A DNA stretch of 64,000 nt, from positions 310,001 to 374,000 of the forward strand of contig CBFDEM010000020.1 of NCBI GenBank assembly GCA_965603825.1, read 5' to 3'. The stretch comes from Blepharisma stoltei ATCC 30299 (taxonomy: Eukaryota; Protista; Ciliophora). The notes beneath the pieces were generated by a model, which was not told the origin of the DNA, did not search any database, and was given only the letters and a program-made list of their open reading frames with translations. Below, piece by piece: positions 48,178 through 60,889 of this stretch (its first letter is position 1; every line of letters starts with the position of its first letter). The translations under genes were made by a program, and so were the position numbers.

Positions 48178-49653
48178 TTATTTAGTTCTTACCTTTGCGA
48201 GTTTTCTTAATGTTTCATTAAATTTCTGAACATTCAACAGCTCTCGCTTTAGCGATTCATTTATCGATCTCAGTTTGAAAATAAATGGCTTTCTACTGTC
48301 TATTGCAAGGGACTGACATTTGGCTACATTCAAATTTGTATTAAAGGATCCACATTGAGAAATGAGATCAGATTTAAGCTTCCTTCGTTGCTGTTGAGAC
48401 TGATCTAGGGCTTTAGTGACGCTGCTATAGAACGTTTCTGTATTCATTTTATTTGAAGTCAGAGGTGTCGAGTATGATAGGTCCATAAGTTTGGCTGGAA
48501 TTATCATGCTTTTCTCAGGGATGACTTCAAAGTAGGACTTTTCTTTGGTGCAGATGAGGATATACTCTGGGTAGATTGTGCTGAAATCTGTGATCAGGAA
48601 TTCTTGAGTGTTTTGGTCGTACCCAGCCTCTTGTTTGTTCTTCGGCAAGATTACTCTGCAAAGTACTAAGATTAGCATACAGTTCTTATCTGAGGTTAAT
48701 TTTTTTCTGTCTTTTTCAAGGGTGCTGCTAGTTGACATATAAATTTGTTCCGGCAGACCTTCTCCAGACTTTATATAAGTTTCAGATTTAATTTTATTTG
48801 CTATAGACTCTGGAATTCGTAAGTATTTTTCTCTTATATCGACGATTCCCCTTTCATTAACATATTCATTTGTCTTAGCACCCAATAAAACTAAGCTCGG
48901 CAGGGTTTTTTTTCTAACACTCAAAAACATTCCTTTTAATACAGAATTTTGGCTTTCTTTAAGCTTCTGTTCAAATGGTTTCAAATTTATTTGATTTTCA
49001 ATTTTAAAAGCATGACACAGCTTTAAAGATGAAAAATTTGTTCCTTGAAAGATTGAACTTTTTATATTATCTTGTAATGCTTTTTCACACCTTGATAGCT
49101 GTGGGTTATATTCATCAAGCTTTATTAATTTTACAGCTCCCCAAGTCTCAAACTGCAGCACAGCTGAGTACTCCTGGAGTTTTCTTGAAATTTCTTCAAT
49201 ATCTTTTTTCAGTCCAACAGCTTGCTTGATGTGCTCGTATTTCACCTGTGACAATCTTTTATGTTCTTCTAATATAGCATAATATTTCAAAGTGGAAATC
49301 AAAATTTCATTTTCAATTGAATCCAAATTTCTTCGAAATTCTTCTTCATATAATCTTTCAAAAATATCCCCCAAATTCCCTACCACCTCAATTCTATCTT
49401 CAAAGCTTTGCCCTATTATCTTTAGCTTCCCAGCCAAATAGCTCTTTACAAGTGGCAGCCTCGAGTAAAGATACTTCATCAGCGAGATATCTTCCTGCAA
49501 TCCTGCTTTCACCGTATCTTCTTTCCACTGATCCATCAAATGTTTCAGCACAGAGTCCGGCCTAAACAGTCTGCTGAGCTCTCCTTGTTCTTTTTTATTG
49601 AAAAAGAGCGGAATAATCAGCTTTTCAGGGTTAGTTACACCTAAAAGTGCCAT
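48178..49653 (-). CDS. Coiled-coil protein with PARP/ADP-ribosyltransferase-like domain
   Basis: [34 protein letters not shown] resemble PARP catalytic-fold strands. Confidence 0.65.
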   Translation of the reverse strand: MALLGVTNPEKLIIPLFFNKKEQGELSRLFRPDSVLKHLMDQWKEDTVKAGLQEDISLMKYLYSRLPLVKSYLAGKLKIIGQSFEDRIEVVGNLGDIFERLYEEEFRRNLDSIENEILISTLKYYAILEEHKRLSQVKYEHIKQAVGLKKDIEEISRKLQEYSAVLQFETWGAVKLIKLDEYNPQLSRCEKALQDNIKSSIFQGTNFSSLKLCHAFKIENQINLKPFEQKLKESQNSVLKGMFLSVRKKTLPSLVLLGAKTNEYVNERGIVDIREKYLRIPESIANKIKSETYIKSGEGLPEQIYMSTSSTLEKDRKKLTSDKNCMLILVLCRVILPKNKQEAGYDQNTQEFLITDFSTIYPEYILICTKEKSYFEVIPEKSMIIPAKLMDLSYSTPLTSNKMNTETFYSSVTKALDQSQQQRRKLKSDLISQCGSFNTNLNVAKCQSLAIDSRKPFIFKLRSINESLKRELLNVQKFNETLRKLAKVRTK

Positions 49654-49671
49654 TTGAAATTGTGGATAAAA

Positions 49672-50133
49672 ATGTCAAAGGCTAAAGGTCGCAAGGCAGA
49701 GAAGGTCGAAGAACCAGAGCAGGCAATGCTAGGACCAAATTTGACTGGCGAAAAGATCTTTGCGGTTTGTCATTTATTAGCCACTTTTAATGACACTTTT
49801 ATTCACGTCACTGATCTATCAGGCAGAGAAACTCTTGCCAGAGTGACTGGAGGGATGATGGTTAAAGCTGACAGAGAAGAGAGCTCACCATACGCTGCAA
49901 TGCTTGCAGCTGTTGAGGTTTGCAACAGACTCAAGAAGCTTGGGATCAACTCTTTACATATCAAGATCAGAGCAAGAGGAGGCACTGAAAGCAAAACTCC
50001 AGGACCTGGCGCTCAAGCTGCGTTGAGAGCGTTGGCTAGAAATGGAATGCTAATTGGCAGAATTGAAGATGTGACACCAATCCCTACAGATAGCACTAGG
50101 AGAGCTGGAGGCAGAAGAGGTAGAAGGCTTTAA
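49672..50133 (+). CDS. RPS14: 40S ribosomal protein S14 (uS11)
   Basis: [64 protein letters not shown]; ATG 49672. Confidence 0.97.
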   Translation: MSKAKGRKAEKVEEPEQAMLGPNLTGEKIFAVCHLLATFNDTFIHVTDLSGRETLARVTGGMMVKADREESSPYAAMLAAVEVCNRLKKLGINSLHIKIRARGGTESKTPGPGAQAALRALARNGMLIGRIEDVTPIPTDSTRRAGGRRGRRL

Positions 50134-50171
50134 GCTTATAAATTTTACCTTAGAATTCTGATATAATTAAA

Positions 50172-50525
50172 ATGAAGGAAAATTTAACAGGAGGGATATA
50201 TCCCAATTTTTATGATATTTACGCACCCAGTGCTCCACCACTGTATTTGCTAGAGGAAGATGAAAAAAGCCATAAAAGATCTGCTTTGTTTGAGAAAAAA
50301 GAAAATTTTTGGTGTTATAAATGCAGAAAGCAAGCAAGGAGGAGCAATCGCAAGAGAAGAAGAAACATTTTTTATGAGGTAAAGATGAATATAAGTTTAG
50401 TTTATCAAAAATCACTTATAAAAATAAAAAGAATTTTGTGGAGGAATCGACTATACCCTGAGGATCCTGATTTTTGGGCACAAGGGATTGAAAATATCTT
50501 TTATGATTCATCATTTGTTTGCTAA
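50172..50525 (+). CDS. Hypothetical basic protein (117 aa)
   Basis: ATG after AAAA, TAA stop; PSAPP, CxxC and an Arg-rich patch. Confidence 0.55.
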   Translation: MKENLTGGIYPNFYDIYAPSAPPLYLLEEDEKSHKRSALFEKKENFWCYKCRKQARRSNRKRRRNIFYEVKMNISLVYQKSLIKIKRILWRNRLYPEDPDFWAQGIENIFYDSSFVC

Positions 50526-50935
50526 AATTATTTGACTTATGAGTAAAACTGGACTCAAGCCGCTCTTTTCATACTAATTAAATATAGCCATTACGATTTT
50601 CAAAATATGGGGCTAGATATTGTTGAGGGAAAGCTAATTTCGATTTATCCAGCATAATCTCTATCAAAGTTGCTTGTGTATTGTAATTTGTTGGTTATTC
50701 CATCAATTCTTCTAAATATTATTCGCTTTAGGCTCCCATATTCTTTAAAATGTTTATAGCCTAAAAATCTTTGCTAATTGAATTATTTCTTAAATAAGTT
50801 TTCTTTACCCTTTTATTTCTACTTTGCCTGGCTTAGTACAGCTACAACTAAAAATAAAATCTTAAGCACTTTTGATATTATTTCATAAATTATTCCAGAT
50901 AAAGCTTCTGCATGAAAATTTAATCTTATCCCAAT

Positions 50936-52888
50936 ATGGAGAGAATAAACCTAGTTGAACTTTACTCACCTATGCTACTAATTCCTTTTTGGTTTATTAG
51001 TTATACAATATTTAGATGCCGTCGCCATTTCAGCGACGGAACAGACCGAACTCATCACTTTTCCAGAAATCTCACAACAAAATATATTTGCACCTTTTTT
51101 ATGATGATTTTCTGCTTTATCCACGTATTTGATATTCTTCCTTCCAGCTATTCTACATCAGAAAAAACAGTCAGGATGTTTTTCTTCAGTTCTCTTGGAT
51201 TTGCCTGGTTTTTAAGCTTTTATTTGGTGATTTTTGAAACTCGCAGAAGACTTCGCATGAAGTGAAGTGGTCATCGAAGTTTTTGGCCGATTAACATGGT
51301 GATTCATCTGATTTTCGCAATTTTACAGATTCTGGAGACTGTTACGGACTTTAATAATCATGAAATAATCCCAATAGAGAAAATTGTAACTTTTCTGTTG
51401 GCATTCGGGATTTGCTGCATTCTTGCTGTGTATGCAGTGTTCAGGCCAAATGAGTTTACATTAATAAATAATGACCCGCTGCTGTATTCGAGAAATATGA
51501 ATCAGAATAGAAGAACAACAGTGGGAAGACGCAAAACTGTTCCTGAGCAAGAAGCAGAAAAAAAGCTGTTTACAACTTCTATTAAGGAGTGCAAAATTAA
51601 GACTGAGAATAATAAGCAAGTTGTTTATTTCCATATTATAGTAACAAGCGGAGGAAGAACTCACACTGTCAGGAGGACTTATGCAGAATTTGATTCTCTG
51701 CATAAGACTCTAAGGCTGAAATTCCCAGTTGATGAGTTCCCATACTTGGATTTTCCTTCTTTTCCTAGATTTCACCAAAACTCATATAATTTGGACTATA
51801 GAATGAAGGCTTTAAATGATTACTTACAAGAACTTTGCTTTCCTGAGTTCATGGCTGCTGTTTTTCTTGATTTTTTGGAAATTAATGGGCATGAGAGGAC
51901 AGAGTGCTTGGAATATCATAACAAAGTCGTTAACGAGGAAAGGCATTTAAGTATTGGCTCTAATGATGAATCTGGGAGTCGGCATGGCTCAGTTGTAGCT
52001 AATTATTATCAACCAAAATTTGTATATGCAGATGAAGCTGACACTGTCCAAGTCCCTAACTATCATTTGCATTCTTTTATCAATGTAAAAATACTCAAGT
52101 GAATTGAAGAAAGAGACCACATTGAATACGCAGTTCAATGGAAAATCCCAAGGCTTACTCAAGAAGGGACTATTCAAAAGCGCTTTAACGAGTTCTATGA
52201 GTTTCATAGAAAACTAAAAAAATCATTAGCTCCTGCAGGACTTCCTAAGTTTCCATCAAAGAATTACTTACAGAACTTCAGGTCTCAGGATTCTCATGCT
52301 TTAGAAATCAGGAAAAGGAAATTAGAAAACTATTTAGGCCATGTCTTAAATGACACTGCTTTCTTATGCCAGGACGTGCTAGATTTCATCAATTGTACTG
52401 TTGATTTAGAGTCTATATGAAAAAGCAGACTGCAAGGAATTTCATATATTCTCCATTCTCCAATAACATGGGAAGGTGAAGTAGACAAGGAGTCTCATTT
52501 TTTACTATATTCATTAAATTTTTCAAAGCTTTATAAAGGACGCCAGCTGTGTGAATGAAATATTAAGCGGCGGTACAAAGACTTCAATCGATTGAATCGG
52601 TTTTTAACTAAAAGACTAGAAAGTCCAACTCTAGGAAACTATATAAGATTTCAACAAAAATTAAACATTACAAAGCCAAGGAAAAATTCAATAGAAATCC
52701 AAGTTCTGCCATCCTTGCCTGGAAAAAGCATTTCGCCATTATCATCTCCAGGAGAGATTGAAGCCAGAAGAAAAGGGCTTGAAAAATACATGGAAGAGCT
52801 AATTGCAATGCCAATATCAGCAGAATCCTTTGCCTTTAGGGAATTCATTGATGATCCTGAAATTAAACAAAATTTATATGAGTATTAA
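50936..52888 (+). CDS. About five N-terminal TM helices plus three PX domains
   Basis: Four TGA join the fragments in one frame. PX signatures RRTYAEFDSLH..FP..R..L..YL, KRFNEFYEFH..LPKFPSK..RKRKLENYL, and RRYKDFNRLN..LPSLPGK..RRKGLEKYM. Confidence 0.85.
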
Positions 52889-52905
52889 TAAATAAGTAAC
52901 TTATA

Positions 52906-53490
52906 ATGGGATGTGGGAATAATAAGCAAAGAGCACAAGATATTGGAATTCCTATTCAGCCTACAGTGATGTTTGTTGACATTGAAAAAGCGGATGCAAA
53001 TGCTTTCTTTGATGATGTCATGTTTCTACCTCCTAGCAATAGCCCACCCATTAATAATCCTCAAGAAGAAATCGATGTTTCAAGATACACTGAGCATATT
53101 TCAATGAAAAAAGAAGATTTAGAAAATTCAGAAGAATATCTGCATAGGCATGATATAGGAAAAGTAGACGAAGACGAAGAAGCAAGAGTCGTTAAAGTTG
53201 CTAGAAAACTAGAAGATTCAATAGATGCAAAAATCTCAAAATATCCCCGCAAGCTTGCTCCCATCCCAAACGCTCCTGTTCCAACAACATATACACAATT
53301 TCCTCTAAAGCAGCAGAAACCCAAAGAGCAAGCTCCTAAGAAAAAAATAGTTTTTGACATAAAAGGAGACCCTGGGTTCAATTTTGATTTTCTCGACCAA
53401 ATCCAGCAAGAGAAAAAGCCAAGTCCTAAAAATCATATTGACAGCTTGATAAAGGATCTAGAATCTTCCAGTCGATCCTATGCATTATAA
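52906..53490 (+). CDS. Hypothetical protein with MGCG acylation motif
   Basis: 194-codon ORF, Pro-rich, MGC N-terminus. Confidence 0.7.
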   Translation: MGCGNNKQRAQDIGIPIQPTVMFVDIEKADANAFFDDVMFLPPSNSPPINNPQEEIDVSRYTEHISMKKEDLENSEEYLHRHDIGKVDEDEEARVVKVARKLEDSIDAKISKYPRKLAPIPNAPVPTTYTQFPLKQQKPKEQAPKKKIVFDIKGDPGFNFDFLDQIQQEKKPSPKNHIDSLIKDLESSSRSYAL

Positions 53491-53504
53491 TTAAATTTTC
53501 ATAT

Positions 53505-54197
53505 TTAAATAAACGTTTTTTTAAACCATTTCATAAAATTCTCACATTGGTCTGATTCTGTTGCATCCGGGTCCCTGTTTTTGATCTGATCTAGCACTTT
53601 TTGGTGAAATGAGTTGTATTGGACAAATTTTATTGGCGATTCCGCTGGGTTTTCTGACAGACTGCTGGCTGACTCACTGACAGTCACATATACTTCTTTT
53701 TGGAATTGTTCTTCATCTTGGGTGAATAATTCATGAGCTCTTTGGTTGAGAGCATATCGTGAATCACTCCACAGGTTGTGTGTATAGAAAATCTTCTTTA
53801 AATAATCCAGGACTAAAAATATAAAATCTTTCCTTGGCCTCCACACAGGAAATCGTGGAGAAAGGTTGACTTGTCCAGTCTCGTAATTTATGAGTGGGTG
53901 AAAAACATGAGGTGAAAAGTAAGCCTGAGGTCCTGAATTAGGATAGTCTTGAGGAAGTTCAATTCTGAATTTTAATATCGCGCCTCTATAGTGGCCTTTC
54001 TTTATGAATAAAATTCCGAACCAGGTATGGACGTCTTGGATTTTAGGAAGAACATAAACTCCTTGAGGAGCGTAAGACTGTAAACTTCTGTATTCAAGAA
54101 GAAGCTGGTACTCTCGCATTTGTTCAAGATTGTTTGAATTGGCTTGGTTGACGATTTCTCGGAAAATGCGTTCTCGGACTGGAAGTGACTCACTCAT
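53505..54197 (-). CDS. AKTIP/FTS-like inactive ubiquitin-conjugating (UEV) protein
   Basis: LLLEY..GVYVLP..WFGILFIKKGHYRGAILKF..YP..VFHPLIN.ETGQVNL; catalytic Cys absent; ATG 54197. Confidence 0.85.
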   Translation of the reverse strand: MSESLPVRERIFREIVNQANSNNLEQMREYQLLLEYRSLQSYAPQGVYVLPKIQDVHTWFGILFIKKGHYRGAILKFRIELPQDYPNSGPQAYFSPHVFHPLINYETGQVNLSPRFPVWRPRKDFIFLVLDYLKKIFYTHNLWSDSRYALNQRAHELFTQDEEQFQKEVYVTVSESASSLSENPAESPIKFVQYNSFHQKVLDQIKNRDPDATESDQCENFMKWFKKTFI

Positions 54198-54442
54198 ATT
54201 AAAAATATTAATCAAAGTTACAATTGATATAGTTTAAATTGTGAAATACAATGAAATAATAAGGAATTACAGAATATAAAATTCCGTTAATTCAGGCATA
54301 ATTTATATGATTAACACAAATCATCATTAATTTTTAATTTATTAGAAAGAGACTATAAAACAAAAATTCTTTTCAATTAAAATTGAAATAAAGCATAGAG
54401 AATCTGTTTCTCTGAAGAAAATGCAAAAGTCAAAACAAAAAT

Positions 54443-54448
54443 AAAAAA
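54443..54448 (-). terminator. RNA polymerase III oligo-T terminator
   Basis: TTTTTT directly after the tRNA discriminator base. Confidence 0.8.
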
Positions 54449-54521
54449 CGCCCACCGGGGGGCTCGAACCCCCGACCACCAGCTTAAAAGGCTGGCGCTC
54501 TACCGACTGAGCTAGACGGGC
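54449..54521 (-). tRNA. tRNA-Lys (anticodon UUU)
   Basis: GCCCGTCTAGCTCAGTCGGTAGAGCGCCAGCCTTTTAAGCTGGTGGTCGGGGGTTCGAGCCCCCCGGTGGGCG, 73 nt cloverleaf, no encoded CCA. Confidence 0.97.
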
Positions 54522-54602
54522 TTGAGTATCCTATCTTTCTTTAGTTTATATACCAAACTCAATTTTAAATTAATGAAATCTTACTTTAATTCTTAAGATC
54601 GC

Positions 54603-57600
54603 TTATTGATCCCCACCTAAAGACTCCCGGATAAATTTCTTGAGTACTTCTTCTTGTTCCCTGATTTTCCCTTCATTGAAATCCTTCAAATATTCAACAG
54701 ATTGCTGAATATAAGCTTTAAGATCTTCTTCTTGTTTGTTTATTCTCTCAGAATTTTTGCTTTCAATGGTATCTAAAGAGTTTTTAATATATTCCTTGAT
54801 TGATTTTTCTTGCTTATTAGAACTCTCAACGCTATACTTCTCCATATTTTTCAGTGAGCTTTGAATGAATATCCTGAGTTCTTCATTTTTGTCATGTGCT
54901 CCTCTTTCGCTTTCATTTTTGGTATTTTCAAATGATTCCCTTATGAAAGCTTTGAGCTCTTCTTCTTGCTGCTTGACTCTTTGGTCAAATTGAACTTGGC
55001 TGTCTTCCAATAATTTGTTTATAACTTGCTTAACTTCTTCTCCATGGATTCTGATTGATTCATCATTGTGAGTTTCACTATTACGAATCATTAGCTCAAG
55101 ACTTTCGGTCTTATCTTTGAAACTCTTTGCTAAAGTTACAAGTTCACTGCTCAATTCTGATAACTGATTTGAAACTTTTTCTTGTCTGCCAAAAATATCA
55201 CTATTTGACTCTTTTATCAATTTTTGTATAGAAACATCCAAATCACTTATTGAGCTGTTAAGACGGTCGTTAATCTGATTATTTGCTTCAATTTTTTCTG
55301 CATGATTATTAAGTTCCAAATGAATTCCATTTATTTTTTCAGTCGTCGATTTGTCTATAGACTTCATTTCTTCTGTCATCTTTGCCAGAATTTCGATTAA
55401 TTTAGAATTAGAGGATTCAATCTTGCTATCAATTAATTTTCCTATGCTTTCAAGCAATTGTTTATTTTCATCAAGTTTTTGCGAGTTTTTGTTTACATCA
55501 GAATGAACTTGATTGATTTTTTCATTCATGGCATGGTCTAGTGATCTCATATCTTCATTATTTTTTGCCAAAATATCTGATAAATGTGACTGGGATTTAT
55601 CAATCTTTTCTGATAATAAATTTTTCATATTTTCAGTTATAATATTTCCTTCTTCAATTCTTTGGGTATTTTTATTTACTTCTTTATGCACTTCATTTAC
55701 TCTCTCTGCTATATCTTTAGCCAAATTTTTCATATCTTCATTAAGTTTAGCTAAAATTTCTTTTATTTCTGCATTAGAATCGTCAATTTTCTGGTTAAGT
55801 TCTTCATGGATTTTATTGAGGTTTTGATTCAAATAGTTTAGATTATCTTTTAACTCCCCATTCATCTTTTGTAAATAATTTCCCAAATCTTCATGGACAC
55901 TTGTGATGAGTTCATTGCTCTCTGCGTACATTTTATCTAATTTTTCATGCAAAATTTTGTGGAAATGCCGAATATTCAAATACAAATCATGAGTTTCCTT
56001 AGTGATTTTATCAGTCAGTTCAGTGTGCTCCACGTCAATATCATTATTTACTTTGTATATTTTGTTATGCATTTCTTTTTCTAGTAATTCGAATTTTTCA
56101 TTCATTTCATCATTCATTCTATTGATTCTTTGATTGATGTGATCCCTCATAATTATGATTTTTCCGGTCATGCCATCACTCATCATTGTCTGATTCATTG
56201 ACATAGATGAGCTTACCTTACTAATCCCTTCCTCAATTTGTGCAATAGTTGCTACATTTTTTTCAATGCTTGATTCAAGGATTTCTTGAACTTCACTTAT
56301 AGCAGATTTAATTTCTCTCGTCTTTCCACCCCATTCGTCTTCTTCTACCGCTTCTTCAACTCTACATCTCTGAAGATAGCTTTTTTCATTATAATTTCTC
56401 CTCCAAAATAATAAATTTTCTCCAGAAATTATCAACTCACATAATTCTTTTTGGTCAGCTATAACAATCCCTTCTTGGACTCTATCAAAGGTATCGCCAA
56501 TTATAGAGATAAGTAAATTCAGCATGATTAAGGGGTTTAAAATAGAAGCAATCAAGAAAATTATCCATTCCACAGTCTCGTAACTATCATAGCTGAAATC
56601 AGCCAAATCAAGCAAATATGATTTTATGAGCATCATGGAAAAAGGATCGCTACTTTTAGCTCCGACTGAAATAAAAATTAGTGTAAAAGAAAGGGTGGAA
56701 TAAAAGAGCAGACTCATAAAAGAAATCATATCAGTTATGACTTCTTTTAGAAGCTTTATCATATAGCGAGTTTTTTCAAACAGTCGGAAGTAGCCGATTC
56801 CTTGAATCCAAGCTACAAATGTGAGAAAAACTAAAAGATGGGGAGTGAGATCGCGGTATTTATCGTAATCGATGCAGTATAAGTAGAATAAGAAGATTAT
56901 GCAGCGGAAAATGCCTATATAATTGGATGGTTTCAGCCATCCTTGAGTCCCTTCCACAGCTATCTTATAAAACTCATAAAAAAGCTCCACAACGTTAATG
57001 ACCACTAAAGGAATAATGAGTGTATTTTCATTCAAAAAATATAGGGAGTAAATAGCAAATAATCCTAAAAACCCTAAATAGACTAGCGCTTCACAAAGCA
57101 TAACCCATCTGATTATTTTTCATTTTTCTTCAAGGATAAACTGTATGAATTTTGTCCTTAAAATTTCAGAGTTAGGCGAATTTACGATGCTTTTCAAGAA
57201 TTTAATGCTTTCACTGGACCCTAAAACCATAGGGATTTTGACTGCAGTATGTTCAAATGCTAGCGATTGCTGTTCATATTGGAAATATTCAGGCCCTAAG
57301 AAATCCCCAACGGATGGAATCATAATTTTTGACTGGAAATTTATGGGCAAAGGAGCATTACTTGTGCAGTATCTCGGAATGTCAGAATTTTTGACTTTTG
57401 TGAGCAAGTCGTAATAGAGATTATCAAGAGTGTTATATCCTCTTTCATTCAAAGTAATTAATTGATCTTCTATTGGGGCAACTATAAATGGATTTTCTTT
57501 TACAAGAAAGCCAATATTATTCAGAATTACGTTGACACATTCAGTGTAATTTCTGCTTACTGATAAACTCAGAGGATTTAACTTTTTTGCAGAATTAAAA

Positions 57601-59924
57601 AATGCTCCGTTTGCTGAAAGGCCATCAGATAAATGTTGTGGCATATTAAAATACGAGTAAAGATGAATAGTGTTCATCATCATAGGCATAATCACCATTT
57701 TGTCCATATCAGCTTCGAACTTGGGTGGATCTTCATTTAAAATTCGTTTCACATAGTAATAATACCTCAGTATATTATCTACTGGTCCATAGATAGAAAA
57801 TGACTGGTTTGTCAATGGATTTTGCTGAACACTGATTTCATCGGCTTCAACAATAAATAAATACTTTTCATCAGCATTGCAAGTTATCATTTTGCAGTCT
57901 TTTTTGAACTTAAATGTAGTGAGCAGCGTGTAATTTGAGTAGTTCCATATAGAAACTGTGTTATCAAGAGAGGTTGCCATGAGATGTTCCCCATTATTTG
58001 TAAAATATAAGCTGGAAATCCTATTAGTATGATGCTGAATGGTTTTAATGCAGTTGTTTTTTGCTAAATTTCATACTCTAATTGTTTTATCATATGATCC
58101 AGATGCCATATGGGTATTATCCTTAGAAATTTTCATATCTGAAATAGATGCATGATGCCCAGAAAGTTTAAACTGTGTATCTACTACTTCTATTGTCCCT
58201 TTTGCCGCTATCTCCCCTTTAGTTTCATTAATTGTAGGTGGGCTAAAAATATTCCTAACATCATATTTGATTATTTCTCCACTTTCATCTCCTGAAAATA
58301 AATATATCAAATCTCTTGTCATTGCCAAGCAACTCAGATCTACGTCATGCCCAGAAAAGCTTCCCTTTAATGCAAGCTTAAGTGTAGTATCAAAAGAATA
58401 CACTTTAACCGCTTTACTAGCTTCTTCTCCAATAACTATATGGCTGCCATCAGGTGAAATCATGATTAATGATACTAAGATTTCCTCTGTCAACTCGAAA
58501 AATGATGTTGTTTTTGTAGTTATATCATAAATGCCTAAGCGGCTATCTAAGGTCCAGCCAATAATACTTTTTTCATCAGGTGTCATTGCTGCTGTATAAG
58601 CTGTAAAGTTCATATCAATAGTTTCTACTTTCTCTTCTGTTATATAATTCCACACAGTCACCTTATTGTCACTGGTAAAGCAAAAAATTTGTTGTCTTGT
58701 GCTGGAAATTAAAATGTTTGTTATATCGGTTTCGTGGCCTGATAGCATAGATCTTTTATTTGTTTTAGGAATTGGCCATACCATTAATCTCCAGTCTTTT
58801 CCAATTGAATAAATGTTATTTTCATCTGCTATAAGCCCATTGATTTCTCCTTTATGCTCAGATAGTGAAATTTCATAATTGTTGCTTTCAATAAGCCAGA
58901 TTTTAATGGTACTATCATGGCTTGAGCTCACCAGCCACTCATCATTATTTAGAAAAGCAATACCAGTCACTGGCTGCTCATGCCCACTAAGAACATGCAG
59001 GAGATTCCAGGAGTCCATTTCCCATATCTTTATGATTGCATCTTTCCCGCCAGCTGCGATTTTTGTATTTAATAAAGAAAATTTTACTGAGCTGACTTCT
59101 CCTAAAGGTCCAAGCGCCGCTTTGACCTCTTTTTCTCCTGTGTGGTACATTCTAACTACTCTATCATTTCCCCCAGTTGCGAGATAAATTCCATCATCAG
59201 TGATGTCCATAACAGTAATTTCTCTATCGTGCCGATAAAGAAGAGATTTCTCATTGGGATCTTCCAAGTTCCATACCCTTACAGTTGCGTCTTTTCCACC
59301 AGAGTACAGTCATTTTTCATCAGGGGATAAAACCATCATTGTCACATCTTTATTGTGGCCTGAAAATTGAGAAATCTCATTTAGGTTTTGATAATTTAAA
59401 ACTCTTATTAAGCCATCCCCTGAGCAGGTATAGAGAACTGATAAGTCACTTTTTGGGATTACTGAATAAATAGGGGATTTCAGCATTTTTGGAGCTTTTG
59501 TGGTCACCAGTTTTGTTGCATTATCATAAATAGCTATACCGCCTTCTAAACTGTTTATCAAAAACTGAGTGGAGCCTTGAATCCTCCTAATTCCTGTCCC
59601 TCTAAAGTCTAAAATTTTTTCAATAGGATGAAAAATTCCAAGATTTGTATCAATACTTTTAATTTCGTCTTTACTTGAAGCTATTGGAACTTGCTTGAAA
59701 AGTAAACTTGTAAGAAATTGAGATGGAGCTGTCATTTCAATTTCTTTATTGGCTGGATCATTAGCTGAAGGAGGTTGAATTAGCCCTAGCAATGGATTAG
59801 GAGCGGGGTTATTTTGAGATGGCATAGAAGGCTTTGGAAAACCTATTTTTGGCTCATTAGTGTCTTTAGAATCAGAACTTCCGAAGCCCTTGAGTAATGG
59901 AATTTTCAATTGGCTCCCACTCAT
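54603..59924 (-). CDS. WD40 repeats plus TRP-like 6TM cation channel plus long coiled-coil tail (1773 aa)
   Basis: Four fragments in one frame joined by three TGA; GH...W WD40 repeats; FIQFILEEK-W-K, YFRLFEKTRYMIKLLKEVITDM, NPLIMLNLLISIIGDTFDRV. Confidence 0.88.
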
Positions 59925-60497
59925 ATTTTATAATATATAAAATGAACCATAATTTATTAGGAGTGGGTAATTTATAAATAGCTGAAATTAAAATTTGGAA
60001 GTTAATTCTGATAAATTAAATTGAAAACTAGTTTGAGTTTTGATCTAAATAAATAGGGTACAGACTAAGTCGTTTCTATAAATTTAACTTTAATAGGGGA
60101 TTATTTAATACTGCTTTAAGTATTATTCGAAAATTCAAGACTTATATATTTGATTTCTTTCTTTCAACTTTTTCATTGCCTAATTTTCTTTAATAATCAA
60201 TTTCCTAAAATTTAAGATGATAATCCGTATAATTAAAATCTAATGGTTAGCTCAGATTAATTTCTATTAAAACATTGCTTTTATTACAATAAAACTTGAT
60301 TTGAAATAAAGATCATGAAAATTAATGCACTTTATTTCTGTAGTAATTTCTATTCTTTGTTTATTTTTGCCTGCTAAATGTAATTCTCTCCATGCATATC
60401 TCTTTGTATAGAATCCCTATTCTTCTCATTTTGATTCTGAAAGAAATAGAAATAATTATAAACTTGATTATAAACTTTATACGTCACGGAAACACCA

Positions 60498-60839
60498 ATG
60501 GGTAAAGAGTTCCAAGAATACTTAAACTGCTCTCAAATTTACGCATGTGAAGTCTGCAAAGCCCATTTGACTTCTCAAAGCCAGTTGATTTCTAAAACTT
60601 TTTCAGGGAGATTCGGCAGAGCTTTTTTATTCAAAACAGTAATCAACAGCAAGCTTGGAAATCCTGAAGAAAAAATTTTATTATCAGGGCTTTATATAGT
60701 TCGGGACTTATTCTGCAAATCGTGCGACCTTCTAATCGGCTGAAAGTACGACAAAGCTTACGAAGAGAGTCAAAAATATAAGGAAGGGAAATTTATATTG
60801 GAAAGAAATCAAATCATTAAACTCGAATGGGACACATAA
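60498..60839 (+). CDS. Yippee-like (YPEL) zinc-binding protein
   Basis: [34 protein letters not shown](TGA)[20 protein letters not shown]; stop TAA 60837-60839. Confidence 0.93.
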
Positions 60840-60889
60840 GAGCATGTATTAATTTATTATTTAATTTTTATATAATTTAGGGGGTTATA

